Numbered from the stretch's first letter, positions 1 to 10,892 are shown. The stretch is DNA of 64,000 bases from Dehalococcoidia bacterium (GCA_042408205.1 JBHOQK010000024.1:18708-82707); one strand, 5' to 3'. The notes: generated from the letters alone by a model not told the origin. Program-made: numbers and translations.

Positions 1-807
1 ACTACAAATACTATCTAAAAGAGAAACAATGCCAATACCAGTCAAAGCTGAACCAGTAAGAATCGGGATTATTTTCTTCTGAACTATGCTTTGGCTTAAA
101 CCACGACTTATTTCTTCCTCACTTATTTCTTCTCCTTCCAGGTATTTAGCAATGAGCGCATCGTCTTCTTCCACAGCAACCTCTACCAGTTTTTCCCGAT
201 AGGCTTTAGCTTGTTCATAAATTGAAGGTGGTATTTCAATTTCCTGCGATGAAATTCCATGACCCTTCAAAGTTAACAGGTCAACGATACCCTTTAGCTC
301 TTTTTGGGAACCTATAGGTAATTGAAAGGGCAGACATTTCTGGCTTAATTTGGACTGAATCTCTTCCACAGTACGAAAAAAATCAGCATTATCTCGGTCC
401 ATTTTGTTAATCCAAATCAGACACGGAAGACCAGCATCAGTAACATACTTCCAGACTTGTTCTGTTCCCACCTCAACACCAGAAGCAGCACAAACCACAA
501 TAATAGCTCCCTCGCTCACTCTTAAGCCGGCTTTCACTTCACCAACAAAATCAGGATAACCAGGGGTATCAATGAGATTCAGTTTGATATCTTTCCAAAC
601 ACAAGGAAGAATAGATAAGTTAATACTAATTTTGCGCTTTATTTCCTCCGGGTCAGAATCAGAAGTAGTGGTGCCCTCATCTACTTTACCCAGACGATTA
701 ATAGTCCCAGTAGCAAAGAGGATTGCTTCTGTTAAAGATGTCTTACCGGCACCAGAGTGAGACAGGAAAACTACATTCCGAATTTTCTCTATCGGATAAT
801 GATGCAT
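1..807 (-). CDS. fusA: Elongation factor G paralog (EF-G2-like), N-terminal part; runs off window start
   Basis: Not in ORF track. Manual minus-strand translation from ATG at 807: MHHYPIEKIRNVVFLSHSGAGKTSLTEAIL...LIDTPGYPDFVGEV...INKMDR (G1, G3, G4 motifs; non-canonical G1 SHSGAGKTS). Confidence 0.9.
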   Translation of the reverse strand, partial: MHHYPIEKIRNVVFLSHSGAGKTSLTEAILFATGTINRLGKVDEGTTTSDSDPEEIKRKISINLSILPCVWKDIKLNLIDTPGYPDFVGEVKAGLRVSEGAIIVVCAASGVEVGTEQVWKYVTDAGLPCLIWINKMDRDNADFFRTVEEIQSKLSQKCLPFQLPIGSQKELKGIVDLLTLKGHGISSQEIEIPPSIYEQAKAYREKLVEVAVEEDDALIAKYLEGEEISEEEISRGLSQSIVQKKIIPILTGSALTGIGIVSLLDSICS

Positions 808-838
808 TTTACCCCCACCTTAATGACAATACTTTCTC

Positions 839-867
839 ATTATAACCCCCACCTGAAGTAGAGGCAA
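839..867 (-). promoter_or_regulatory. Sigma70-type promoter for fusA paralog
   Basis: Minus strand TTGCCT-N17-TATAAT. Confidence 0.6.
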
Positions 868-871
868 CAGG

Positions 872-901
872 ATGACAAGGGGAAATATCTGATGATATAA
901 T
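872..901 (+). promoter_or_regulatory. Sigma70-type promoter for gatCA
   Basis: ATGACA-N18-TATAAT with extended -10 TG at 893-894. Confidence 0.55.
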
Positions 902-931
902 TCCTATCATCTCACTAACAATAAAAGCAAA

Positions 932-1225
932 ATGAAGTTAAGTAAAGAACAAGTTCAACATGTGGCTTTATTAGCTAGACTTGGTTTAACCGAAGCCGAA
1001 ATTGAAAAATTTCAGCAACAATTATCTAATATTTTACACAATTTTGAAATTCTCCAGGAAGTAGATACAACTGATGTTCCCCCTACTACCCAACCTATTG
1101 CCCAGTATAATGTCTTCCGAGAAGATAGAGTTGTCGAATCCTATCCCCGGCGAGATATTTTAGCTAATGCACCCTCCCAAGAAGACAATTGCTTTAAAAT
1201 TCGAGCTGTTTTAGAAGAGTTGTGA
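932..1225 (+). CDS. gatC: Asp/Glu-tRNA amidotransferase subunit C
   Basis: [10 protein letters not shown] motif, 97 aa, overlaps gatA start. Confidence 0.95.
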   Translation: MKLSKEQVQHVALLARLGLTEAEIEKFQQQLSNILHNFEILQEVDTTDVPPTTQPIAQYNVFREDRVVESYPRRDILANAPSQEDNCFKIRAVLEEL

Positions 1226-2679
1226 CTAAACTTCACGAGCTAACTATTCACGAAGCGCACCAGCTACTTAAAGAAAGGAAAATTTCTGCCTCGGAATTAA
1301 CCAAGGCAGTGTTAACCCGATTGTTTGAGGTAGAAGATAAAATTCGTGCTTGCGTCACTATTGACGAAGACTTGGCTTTAAAGCAAGCAGCAGCGGCAGA
1401 TGAACATATAAAAAGCGGTCAAATTCAACCTTTGACTGGCATACCGATTTTAATTAAGGACAATATATGTACCAAGGATTTAAGAACTACCTGCTCATCA
1501 AAAATGCTGGAAAACTTTATTCCCATCTACGATGCCACAGTGGTAAGTAAATTAAAGACTGACAAAGCAGTGATAATTGGTAAAACCAATATGGATGAAT
1601 TTGCTATGGGATCCTCAACCGAAAATTCGGCTTTTTTCCCAACACGAAATCCTTGGGACTTAGACCGTGTTCCTGGAGGTAGCAGTGGCGGTTCAGCTGC
1701 AGCTGTAGCTGCTGATGAAGCGATTTGTGCCCTTGGTTCTGATACTGGAGGAAGCATCCGTCAGCCAGCTGGGTTTTGCAATGTTGTTGGTCTTAAACCA
1801 ACTTATGGGAGAGTTAGCCGTTTTGGTTTAGTTGCTTTTGCCAGTTCTTTAGATCAAATTGGACCTATAACTAAAGATGTTACTGACTGTGCCTTAGTTA
1901 TGAATACTATTGCTGGACATGACCCCCTTGATTCTACATCCCTCCCTTATCCAGTTCCTGACTATACTAATTCTCTTATTCCCCATCTCAAAAATTTGCG
2001 CATTGGCATACCAAAAGAATATTTTATAGAAGGAATACAAGAAGAAGTCAGAGCTACCTTAAAATCAGCGATAAATAAACTTAAGGAATTGGGAGCAGAG
2101 ATAGACGAAGTATCTTTACCTTATACTAAATATGCTCTAGCTGTTTACTACATCTTAGCTCCTTCGGAAGCCTCGGCTAATTTGGCTCGGTATGATGGAG
2201 TAAAATATGGCTTCTCTTACCAAGGAACAAACAATATGTGGGAAGCTATGGAAAAGACAAAGCAATTTGGTTTTGGACCTGAAGTTAAAAGACGAATTAT
2301 GTTAGGTACCTATGCCTTATCCGCAGGTTATTATGATGCTTATTACCTTAAAGCCCAAAAGGTGCGCACTTTAATAAGAAGAGAGTTTGATAGTGTCTTC
2401 GAGAAATATGATGCTCTAGTTACGCCAACTTCGCCCACTGTCCCCTTCAAACTTGGTGAAAAATTAGAAGACCCTTGGCAAATGTATTTAAGCGATGTTT
2501 GTACTATCCCGGCAAATATCGCCGGTATTCCAGCTATTTCCATTCCAGCTGGCTTTGCCAATGGTTTACCTATAGGTATGCAAATAATGGCAAAACCTTT
2601 AAGGGAAGAAATATTGTTTCGCATTGCCTTTGCTTATGAACAAGTTACCGACTGGCATAAACGGAAACCGCCAATTTAG
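1222..2679 (+). CDS. gatA: Asp/Glu-tRNA amidotransferase subunit A
   Basis: Amidase signature [36 protein letters not shown]. Confidence 0.98.
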   Translation: MTKLHELTIHEAHQLLKERKISASELTKAVLTRLFEVEDKIRACVTIDEDLALKQAAAADEHIKSGQIQPLTGIPILIKDNICTKDLRTTCSSKMLENFIPIYDATVVSKLKTDKAVIIGKTNMDEFAMGSSTENSAFFPTRNPWDLDRVPGGSSGGSAAAVAADEAICALGSDTGGSIRQPAGFCNVVGLKPTYGRVSRFGLVAFASSLDQIGPITKDVTDCALVMNTIAGHDPLDSTSLPYPVPDYTNSLIPHLKNLRIGIPKEYFIEGIQEEVRATLKSAINKLKELGAEIDEVSLPYTKYALAVYYILAPSEASANLARYDGVKYGFSYQGTNNMWEAMEKTKQFGFGPEVKRRIMLGTYALSAGYYDAYYLKAQKVRTLIRREFDSVFEKYDALVTPTSPTVPFKLGEKLEDPWQMYLSDVCTIPANIAGIPAISIPAGFANGLPIGMQIMAKPLREEILFRIAFAYEQVTDWHKRKPPI

Positions 2680-2684
2680 TTTAG

Positions 2685-2909
2685 ATGTATCAGCAATTAA
2701 CTAAGGTAAAGTGTTACTCTGGCTACACTTATCCCCAGGAACCAAAATCTTTTCTGTGGCAAGGGGAGGAATACAAAGTATTCTCCATAGAAAAAGAATG
2801 GCAAGAGCCAGGTAGGAAATTTTTTAAAATTCGCACTAAGGATGAGAGAGTCTTTGAACTTTGCTACAATCAGATAGAAGACCAGTGGTTAGGCACTGAA
2901 TTAATCTAA
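2685..2909 (+). CDS. Small hypothetical protein, DUF6504-like
   Basis: P-x-F-x-W-x-G...W...F-x-V/I...FEL-x-Y...W pattern; 5 nt after gatA. Confidence 0.65.
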   Translation: MYQQLTKVKCYSGYTYPQEPKSFLWQGEEYKVFSIEKEWQEPGRKFFKIRTKDERVFELCYNQIEDQWLGTELI

Positions 2910-2986
2910 AATAAACCCAGTAGAATATAACATTTCAAACAATATCTATGATGGGTTAAAAAAGAAAGGAGGTATCTATCAAAAGA

Positions 2987-3478
2987 ATGACACAGGAAGT
3001 AAAACAAATCCTTGAAATCTTAGAAAATAATGCCCGAGCCACTCCGGAACAAATTTCCGCTATGACCGGCATTCCTGCTGCCGAAGTAGAAAGAATAATC
3101 AAGGAAGCTGAAAAGAAACGAACTATCCTAAAGTATAAAACTACTATTAACTGGAGTAAATTAGGGGAAGAACAAGTCTGGGCTTTGGTAGAGGTAAAAG
3201 TTACACCCCAGCGGGGAGTAGGTTTCGATGCTGTAGCCGAACGTATTTACCGTTTTCCAGAAGCTCGGTCTGTTTACTTAGTCTCAGGTACTTATGACCT
3301 GGCAGTATTAGTAGTCGGCAAAACTATGCAAGAAGTGGCTCTTTTCGTTGCCGAAAAATTAGCTCCTCTGGAACAAGTTCAAGGGACGGTGACCCATTTC
3401 CTCTTAAAGAGATACAAAGAAGATGGTGAAATATTGGAAGGTGAGGAAGGAATTAAACGCTTACTAATAAGCCCGTGA
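2987..3478 (+). CDS. Lrp/AsnC family regulator (YugG/AlaR-like)
   Basis: N-terminal HTH, VYLVSGTYDL, THFLLKRYKEDG; SD AAGGAGG; paired with aminotransferase. Confidence 0.9.
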   Translation: MTQEVKQILEILENNARATPEQISAMTGIPAAEVERIIKEAEKKRTILKYKTTINWSKLGEEQVWALVEVKVTPQRGVGFDAVAERIYRFPEARSVYLVSGTYDLAVLVVGKTMQEVALFVAEKLAPLEQVQGTVTHFLLKRYKEDGEILEGEEGIKRLLISP

Positions 3479-3505
3479 CAAATTGTGAGTAAAAAGGTGA
3501 CTAAT

Positions 3506-4699
3506 ATGTCCATATCTCAACCAGATCCAGTTAAAACTGAAGCGAAAGTCGTTTCTGAGCGGGTAAACAATATTTTACCTTCCGGGATAAGGAAATTCTT
3601 CGACTTACTCTCCTCCATGGAGAATGTTATTTCTTTAGGAGTTGGAGAACCAGATTTTATTACTCCGTGGCATATTCGGGAAGCTGCTATTTACTCTATT
3701 GAAAAAGGTTATACTATGTATACCTCTAATTACGGACTATTAGAATTAAGGCAGAGAATAGCTAAATATTTCCTATCTCGATATAAACTAAGCTATGACC
3801 CCTATCAAGAACTTCTTATAACTACTGGCGTCAGCGAAGGACTGGATTTGGCTTTAAGAGCTATTATCAACCCAGGTGACGAGGTTATTATGCCTGACCC
3901 TTGCTATGTTTCTTATCCAGCGTGCACTATCCTGGCTGAAGGTAAACCGATATTAGTACCAACTACCGAAGAGAACAACTTCGTTATTAACGCCGAAGAT
4001 ATTGAGAGTAGGATTACTCCAAAAACTAAAGCTATTCTCATCGGCTATCCGGCAAATCCAACAGGTGCAGTGATGACTAAAAAACAATTGGAATCGATCG
4101 CCAAAGTGGCCCGCCAGTATGACCTTATAGTAATTTCTGATGAAATCTATGAGCGGCTCGTTTATAACACCGAGCATACATGCTTTGCCAGTCTTGACGG
4201 AATGAAAGACCGAACCATCTTACTTGGTGGTTTTTCCAAGGCTTATGCTATGACAGGTTGGCGAATTGGTTATGCCGCTGCCAGACCTGAGATTATCGAA
4301 GCCATGACTAAAATTCACCAGTATACCATGCTCTGTGCCCCAATAATGGCTCAAATGGCAGCTATAGAAGCTTTAGACAGAGGTGAGAAAGAAGTGGAGA
4401 TTATGGTTAAGGAATACGACCGTCGGCGTCGGGTTATGGTTGAAGGATTGAAAAATATTGGACTTTCCTGCTTTGAACCCAAAGGGGCTTTCTATGCTTT
4501 TCCATCTATAAAGATTACGGGGATGACTTCCGAAGAATTTGCCCAAAAACTCCTATTTGAGGAAAAAGTGGCTGTGGTTCCTGGGTCAGCCTTTGGAAAA
4601 TGTGGTGAAGGTTACATCCGGTGCTGCTACGCTACTTCTTTAGAATATATTGAGGAAGCTTTAAGACGAATGGAGCGTTTTATAAAAAGGTATACCTAA
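3506..4699 (+). CDS. PLP-dependent class I/II aminotransferase (YugH/AlaT-like)
   Basis: SLGVGEPDF, SDEIY, SKAYAMTGWRIG; start moved to ATG 3506 behind AAGGTG. Confidence 0.92.
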   Translation: MSISQPDPVKTEAKVVSERVNNILPSGIRKFFDLLSSMENVISLGVGEPDFITPWHIREAAIYSIEKGYTMYTSNYGLLELRQRIAKYFLSRYKLSYDPYQELLITTGVSEGLDLALRAIINPGDEVIMPDPCYVSYPACTILAEGKPILVPTTEENNFVINAEDIESRITPKTKAILIGYPANPTGAVMTKKQLESIAKVARQYDLIVISDEIYERLVYNTEHTCFASLDGMKDRTILLGGFSKAYAMTGWRIGYAAARPEIIEAMTKIHQYTMLCAPIMAQMAAIEALDRGEKEVEIMVKEYDRRRRVMVEGLKNIGLSCFEPKGAFYAFPSIKITGMTSEEFAQKLLFEEKVAVVPGSAFGKCGEGYIRCCYATSLEYIEEALRRMERFIKRYT

Positions 4700-5491
4700 T
4701 GTGGTTAATAAACTAATAAATTCCGCCTGAATTTTTTCATTGGCAGCAATTATATCCGTAGTATGAATATCAGCCTCAATTCCATCCCAATTGGCTACCT
4801 TACCCCCAGCCTCCTTAACTAATAAAATGCCACTGGCAATGTCCCACGGATACAGGAAACGATGAAGGTAAAGGTCAATCCGACCACAAGCCACGTAAGC
4901 CAATCCTAAAGAAGCTGACCCCATAACCCTCAGAGCATGAACTTTAGTCCAAAGATTAATCATTATGTCAAGGGTTTCTCGACCTCGGTGAGCATCATAA
5001 CCAAGATCAAGACCGACTAAACAATCCTGGATCGAAGTCTTTTTTGAAACATAAAGGGGTGAACCATTAAGATAAGTACCTTTCCCCTTTTCAGCATAAA
5101 AAAGTTCCTTTCGCAATGGGTCATAAGTTATTCCAAGGAGGATATTTTTATCACCAACCAGAGCTAAATTTACACAAAAAAAGGGAATGCCAAAAACATA
5201 GTTGTTAGTGCCATCCAAGGGATCAATTACCCACACAAAACCTGAATCTGGAAAAAAATGATTTGATTCTTCTGAAACAAAAGCAAAATCCGGATATTCA
5301 TCCTTAAGAATTTCAATCATAGCTGTTTCAGAAAGTATGTCTACTTCGGAAACCAGATTGCCCCTACCCTTTGACCTGGTCTCTGTCTGAAACTGAAATG
5401 AGTTAATCAGAATCTCTCCAGCTTGTTTAGCTGCTTTAACAGCCACTTCCAGGACATTTTTTCCACTTCGGGATAAAGGCAAATTCGTCAT
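4661..5491 (-). CDS. suhB: Inositol monophosphatase family protein (SuhB-like)
   Basis: WVIDPLDGTNNY, WDIASG. Confidence 0.88.
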   Translation of the reverse strand: MTNLPLSRSGKNVLEVAVKAAKQAGEILINSFQFQTETRSKGRGNLVSEVDILSETAMIEILKDEYPDFAFVSEESNHFFPDSGFVWVIDPLDGTNNYVFGIPFFCVNLALVGDKNILLGITYDPLRKELFYAEKGKGTYLNGSPLYVSKKTSIQDCLVGLDLGYDAHRGRETLDIMINLWTKVHALRVMGSASLGLAYVACGRIDLYLHRFLYPWDIASGILLVKEAGGKVANWDGIEADIHTTDIIAANEKIQAEFISLLTTLGIPFYKTLHSS

Positions 5492-5522
5492 AGGCTTTGT
5501 TTATATACCACCGATAAGGATA

Positions 5523-6527
5523 TCATTCATATACTTTTTCTGGTAGGGGACGCTTAAGAAGACCTATTTTATCCTTAACCTCCTTTAAAGTCTCTTTAGC
5601 AATAGCTTGAGCTCGACAGGCTCCTTCAGCCAAAACCTCCATAACATAATTCGGTTTTTTAGCCAGAATAGCCCGTCTTTCTCGGAAAGGAGCTAAAGAG
5701 GTATTAATACTTTGAGCTAAGAGAGTTTTGCAATCCACACAGCCAATATTCGCGGTGCGACAATCAGAAGCAATCTCTTCCACACGACCAGAGCTAAAAT
5801 AATGATGTAATCGGAAGACATTACACACCTCAGGATGTCCAGGATCAGTGCGATAGCGACGCGCCGGGTCAGTCACCGCTGTCATAACCCGCTTTAATGT
5901 CTCTTCCGGTGTAGCTGCCAACTCAATATGATTATTGTAACTTTTGCTCATTTTCTGCACTCCGTCCAATCCAATAACCAGAGGAAAAGAGGTAAGTTTA
6001 GCCTGAGGCTCAGGAAAGGTATTTCCGAAAATAGAATTAAATCTTCGGACTATTTCTCGTGCCAGTTCCAGATGAGGTAATTGGTCTTCTCCAACAGGAA
6101 CGACTTCGGCTTTGTAAAGAACAATGTCTGCTGTCATCAATACCGGATAGCCAACCAGTCCATAATTAACATTGTGAGGCTGCATTCGGGCTTTTTCCTT
6201 AAAAGTTGGCACACGCAATAACCAACCAAGAGGGGTAACCATGCTAAGCAAGGTATGAAGTTCCATCACTTCAGGAACATGAGACTGAACAAAGAGAATA
6301 CTTTTTTCTGGGTTAAGACCAGCAGCTAACCAATCAAGCATCATTTCATAGGTATTTTCCTGAAGTTTAGCCGTGTCTTCAAGGGTAGTTAAAGAATGGA
6401 TATCTACTATACAGTAAATGCAATCGTAATCTTCCTGAAGAGCCACATAATTTTGAATTGCACCTAAATAATTACCAATATGTTGCCTACCAGTAGGTCT
6501 GGCGCCAGAAAAAACTCGTTTCCTCAT
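5523..6527 (-). CDS. trpS: Tryptophan--tRNA ligase
   Basis: HIGN, VPVGEDQLPH, KMSKS. Confidence 0.97.
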   Translation of the reverse strand: MRKRVFSGARPTGRQHIGNYLGAIQNYVALQEDYDCIYCIVDIHSLTTLEDTAKLQENTYEMMLDWLAAGLNPEKSILFVQSHVPEVMELHTLLSMVTPLGWLLRVPTFKEKARMQPHNVNYGLVGYPVLMTADIVLYKAEVVPVGEDQLPHLELAREIVRRFNSIFGNTFPEPQAKLTSFPLVIGLDGVQKMSKSYNNHIELAATPEETLKRVMTAVTDPARRYRTDPGHPEVCNVFRLHHYFSSGRVEEIASDCRTANIGCVDCKTLLAQSINTSLAPFRERRAILAKKPNYVMEVLAEGACRAQAIAKETLKEVKDKIGLLKRPLPEKVYE

Positions 6528-6656
6528 TTATTCTGGAAAAGTTTAGCATAAAGGTAAATTACTAACAACTTGGGGTTCTTCCCACAATGCCAAAATAGGT
6601 AACTTTTGTATAGGTGCTGCTGGAGCTTTAGTTAATGACGAGAAATTTTAACGAGC

Positions 6657-8315
6657 TTACATTTTTTCTGGAGCGGATATCCCCATAAGATTTAAGGTTT
6701 TAGCCAGCACAATCTGAGCGGCTTTTACTAATTTGAGACGAGCCCGGGTTAAAGCATCGTCATTAGATATAACCCGGCACTGCTTATAAAAGCTATGAAA
6801 AACAGTGGCTAAATCCTGGGCATAGTAAGGAAGATGATGAGGTTCTAAAGTTGTAGCTATTGTCTCTACAATTTCTGGAAGCATAGTCATCTTTCGGATT
6901 AGAGCTAACTCAGGTTCAGTAGTAAGTAAGGAAACATCGCCTTGACTGTAATCAATCCCCTTCTCCTTAGCTAACCGAAGAATGCTGGCAATACGAGCGT
7001 GGGCATATTGAATATAATATACGGGGTTATCTGCTGATTGTTTCTTAGCCAGTTCCAAGTCAAAATCCATCTGACTATCAGGAGAGCGAGATAGAAAGAA
7101 AAAGCAGCAGGCATCTTGTCCCACTTCCTCAATAAGTTCTCTTAATGTAATAATATCACCACTTCTTTTAGATACGCGGAGTATTTCATCACCCCGACGT
7201 AAAGTTACCAGCTGACAAATTATTACTTTTAGCCGCCTTACATCCACCCCTAAAGCAGCCACAGCAGCTCTCAGGCGAGAAACATGCCCCTGGTGGTCAG
7301 CACCCCAGATATTTATTACCAGGTCAAAATGACGCTCCAAAAATTTGTTATAGTGGTAAGCTATGTCTGAAGCAAAATAAGTAGGAGTGCCATCACTACG
7401 CACTAAAACATTGTCTTTATCTTCCCCTAAAGCACTGGAAACAAACCATACGGCATTTTCCTTTTCAGTTACAAAGCCTCCCTGCCAAAGTAATGCCATG
7501 ACTTTATCATATTGACCACCTTGATATAAACTTCGCTCACTAAACCAGACATCAAAAGAAACACCTAACAATTCTAAGTCCTGCTTTATTTTTTGCAGGA
7601 TCTTATTAATGCCAATTTCCCCAATTTTGGAAATAGCTTCCGCTTCCGGAAGAGCCAAAAAACGGTCGCCTTCTTCTGAAACAATCTCCCGAGCTAACTC
7701 TATCATATAATTCCCGAAATAACCTTCCGTGGGCATCTCAGCCTCTATCCCTAAACTTTGTTTATATCGCACATATAAAGAGCGATTAAAAGCTTCTATT
7801 TGACTACCAGTATCATTAATATAGTACTCTCGAGATACAGAATAGCCAGCTAAACTAAGAACATTAGCTAAAGTAGCCCCTAAAACAGCACCCCTACCAT
7901 GTCCAACATGAAGGGGACCAGTGGGGTTCACACTAACAAACTCTATCTGGACAGAACTACCTTTGCCTAAGTCAATGGAACCATATTTATCACCCATAGC
8001 CAAAATGTGGTCCACTTGAGAGGTAAGCCAACCCTTTCCCAAAATAAAATTGATAAAACCCGGAGAAGCTATGCGAATTTCAGCTACTTCCGGAATAGGA
8101 GGCAAGAGTGTAACAATCTCTTTAGCCAATAATAAAGGGTCATCACCAGTAACCCGGGACAATCGTAACGGAAGGCTGGAAGCATAATCCCCATGTTCAG
8201 GATTCTGGGGGCATTCCACACTTACTTCAGGAAGAGTTGTAGAAAAAATAATTCCTTTTTGCTGAGCTATTATTATGGCTTTTTCTAACAGCTCAGCTAA
8301 TTTCCGCTTTAGCAT
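6657..8315 (-). CDS. argS: Arginine--tRNA ligase
   Basis: EFVSVNPTGPLHVGHGR, YIQYAHAR, C-terminal APEKM. Confidence 0.97.
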   Translation of the reverse strand: MLKRKLAELLEKAIIIAQQKGIIFSTTLPEVSVECPQNPEHGDYASSLPLRLSRVTGDDPLLLAKEIVTLLPPIPEVAEIRIASPGFINFILGKGWLTSQVDHILAMGDKYGSIDLGKGSSVQIEFVSVNPTGPLHVGHGRGAVLGATLANVLSLAGYSVSREYYINDTGSQIEAFNRSLYVRYKQSLGIEAEMPTEGYFGNYMIELAREIVSEEGDRFLALPEAEAISKIGEIGINKILQKIKQDLELLGVSFDVWFSERSLYQGGQYDKVMALLWQGGFVTEKENAVWFVSSALGEDKDNVLVRSDGTPTYFASDIAYHYNKFLERHFDLVINIWGADHQGHVSRLRAAVAALGVDVRRLKVIICQLVTLRRGDEILRVSKRSGDIITLRELIEEVGQDACCFFFLSRSPDSQMDFDLELAKKQSADNPVYYIQYAHARIASILRLAKEKGIDYSQGDVSLLTTEPELALIRKMTMLPEIVETIATTLEPHHLPYYAQDLATVFHSFYKQCRVISNDDALTRARLKLVKAAQIVLAKTLNLMGISAPEKM

Positions 8316-8336
8316 TCAACTTATAAAATTTAAATT

Positions 8337-8411
8337 TTACTTTTTAGGTGCTGCTTTTTGAGTTGTTTTCTTTTTGCCAGTTTCCTTTTTAGTCTTTCCA
8401 CACTTTGGCAT
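8337..8411 (-). CDS. Putative 24-aa Lys-rich small protein MPKCGKTKKETGKKKTTQKAAPKK
   Basis: SD AAGGAGG a few nt before ATG; fills the recG-argS gap on the same strand. Confidence 0.65.
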   Translation of the reverse strand: MPKCGKTKKETGKKKTTQKAAPKK

Positions 8412-8427
8412 ATTTTTCCTCCTTTCT

Positions 8428-10884
8428 TTAGCTCCATTCAGCACCGGTCTTCCATACTCGAGCCAATTCTCGCACCAAAAGAGTATGCTCGGGGGATTTT
8501 AGACCGGGATCTTTTTCAAAAAGATAAGCAGCCTCCTTCCGAGCTAATTCTAATAGACTTAGATCAGAAAGCTTTGCCAGACGAAGATCAGGCAACCCAC
8601 TTTGCCTTGTACCAAAAAATTCTCCCGGACCACGCATCTTTAGGTCTGCTTCAGCTAAAGCAAATCCATCATAGATCTCCTCAATTAATTTTAAACGTTC
8701 TCTGCCTTCGGGGGAAGGGTTTTCAGCTACCAATAAACAATAACTTTTTTCTTTTCCTCGTCCAACCCTTCCCCGAAATTGATGCAATTGAGAAAGCCCA
8801 AAACGATCAGCTCCTTCCACTAACATCACTGTGGCATTAGGAACATCAATCCCCACCTCTACTACCGGTGTTGACACTAAAATATCAAGAAAACCATCCC
8901 GGAATAAGCGCATGGTTTTCTCCTTATCCTCCGCCGACATCCGACCATGGAGCAATCCTAACCTAAATTCAGGAAAAACTTCTTGAGATAATCTTTTATA
9001 TTCGGCTACAGCTGCTTTAGCCTCTATATTTTCTGATTCTTCAATAAGAGGGCATATAATAAATGCCTGCCGCCCTTTACTAATTTCCCGTTTGAGGAAA
9101 GCATATGCTTGCTCTCTTTGTTCCGGTTCAAGCCATCTTGTCTTAACCCTCTGCCTCCCCGGAGGTAATTCATCAATAACCGAAAGATCCAGATCTCCAT
9201 AAAGAGTTAAAGCTAAGGTTCTGGGGATAGGAGTAGCAGTCATCACCAATACATGAGGATTAAATCCCTTCTGTCGAAGTGCTGACCGCTGCAAAACACC
9301 AAAGCGATGTTGCTCATCAATTACCGCCAATACCAGATTCTTAAATTCTACTCCTTCTTGAATTAAGGCATGAGTACCAATAACTATGTCCACCTCGCCC
9401 TTACTGATTCGGTAACGAAGCTCATCTTTCTCCTTTCCAGAAAGACTACCAATAAGCAAGGCCACAGTAAGAGGATGCGATAAAAGACCAAAAAAACAAT
9501 GTAAGTTTTTTGTTTCTTTTTTCCCCGAACCTAATTGATGGAAAAACTGGCAAATATTATCAAAGTGCTGTTCAGCTAAAATTTCGGTAGGTGCCATTAG
9601 AGCAGATTGATAATTGTTAGCTGCAATAATTAATAGTGCAATAGCTGCTACTATTGTTTTCCCGCTACCCACTTCCCCTTGGAGGAGACGTGACATAGGT
9701 TTTGACTTCTCAAGGTCGTTTAAGATCTCCAGAAGCACTCTTTTTTGTGCCGAAGTTAAAGTAAAAGGTAGACTCCTTAGAAAATTATTAATTAATGCCC
9801 AATCTATGACTAATGCCTTACCGGGTTGACCTTCCATCCAATTATATTTTTTTGATAATACCCCCAACTGAAGCAAAAATAATTCGTCAAAAGCCAAACG
9901 TTCCCGAGCTTTATCTTTACTTTGCAAATTATCCGGGTAATGAGCTTGAATAATAGCTTCAGGAAGATCCAAAAGCTGACATCTTTCTTTAATATCTTTA
10001 GGTAAAAAATCCGTTATCTCCCAGACTCGCTCATCAATAACTCTTTTAATTAACCTCCTTAACTGGCGTTGGTATAAGCCTTGAGTCAAAGGATAAACAG
10101 GAACCAGCCGCCCAGTATGGATTAGCTCCTCATTCTTAACCAGCTCCCACTCGGGGGATTCAAAAACTCGCTGCCCCTTAAAAATATTTACCTTCCCACT
10201 AATTACAATTCGAGCATTGGTAGGTAAATTTTTAGCCAAATAAGGTTGATTAAACCACACTGCACGGACATTTCCAGTATCATCGCCAATAATCGCTTCC
10301 GTACCTTGTCGACCACCAAAAGTAGCCACTCGGGCTTGCCAGACTATGCCTAAAATAGTCTGCTCTTCTCCTTCTTTTAGTTCAGCAATAGATTTTCTTT
10401 GGCTGTAATCCAGATGACGCCTTGGAAAGAAATAAAGCAAGTCGCGGATTGTCTTTACCCCGAGCCTGGAAAATTTGGCAGCCAGAGCTTTAGACACACC
10501 TTTAACAGTGGTTACTGGTAAATCCAATCCTCTCTTATCCTCACTAGATAAGGATTTAGGAGAGAATTTTGATGGTTTGGAGACTAAAGCAGGAGAGACA
10601 AGTGCTAATGTCCCTTTTTTAATCTTTGATTGATTAACCTCGGTTAACCAGTCAAGAACTTGACTGACCCATCTCCGTCGTTGCTCTAAGTTCCAATGTC
10701 TATAGTCTGAATTAGACAGCTGAAGTTCATTAAAGCGACGAAGCAAAGCTGGATCGTTTATTTCCTCTTTGACCTTGCCTGCCCACCTCTGGAGATATTT
10801 ATCTAAGCCACCAATAACAGCACGGTCAGTATAGCCCTTTTCCCGCTCCAATTCAAGAATAGCCTGTAAGGACTCAATATTCAT
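8428..10884 (-). CDS. recG: ATP-dependent DNA helicase RecG with N-terminal extension
   Basis: LLQGEVGSGKT, DEQHRFGV, MTATPIPRT, QLHQFRGRVGRG. Confidence 0.97.
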   Translation of the reverse strand: MNIESLQAILELEREKGYTDRAVIGGLDKYLQRWAGKVKEEINDPALLRRFNELQLSNSDYRHWNLEQRRRWVSQVLDWLTEVNQSKIKKGTLALVSPALVSKPSKFSPKSLSSEDKRGLDLPVTTVKGVSKALAAKFSRLGVKTIRDLLYFFPRRHLDYSQRKSIAELKEGEEQTILGIVWQARVATFGGRQGTEAIIGDDTGNVRAVWFNQPYLAKNLPTNARIVISGKVNIFKGQRVFESPEWELVKNEELIHTGRLVPVYPLTQGLYQRQLRRLIKRVIDERVWEITDFLPKDIKERCQLLDLPEAIIQAHYPDNLQSKDKARERLAFDELFLLQLGVLSKKYNWMEGQPGKALVIDWALINNFLRSLPFTLTSAQKRVLLEILNDLEKSKPMSRLLQGEVGSGKTIVAAIALLIIAANNYQSALMAPTEILAEQHFDNICQFFHQLGSGKKETKNLHCFFGLLSHPLTVALLIGSLSGKEKDELRYRISKGEVDIVIGTHALIQEGVEFKNLVLAVIDEQHRFGVLQRSALRQKGFNPHVLVMTATPIPRTLALTLYGDLDLSVIDELPPGRQRVKTRWLEPEQREQAYAFLKREISKGRQAFIICPLIEESENIEAKAAVAEYKRLSQEVFPEFRLGLLHGRMSAEDKEKTMRLFRDGFLDILVSTPVVEVGIDVPNATVMLVEGADRFGLSQLHQFRGRVGRGKEKSYCLLVAENPSPEGRERLKLIEEIYDGFALAEADLKMRGPGEFFGTRQSGLPDLRLAKLSDLSLLELARKEAAYLFEKDPGLKSPEHTLLVRELARVWKTGAEWS

Positions 10885-10892
10885 GGCTACAA

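Noticed and set aside
932-2679. gatC-gatA without gatB
   Set aside because: Split gat loci are common; gatB is probably elsewhere in the genome
6528-6656. Possible T-box or leader upstream of trpS
   Set aside because: No T-box consensus (GGTGGNACC), specifier stem or terminator on the coding strand
8358-8840. 160-aa plus-strand ORF
   Set aside because: Antisense shadow of the recG 3' end and the small Lys-rich ORF; no SD or recognisable motifs
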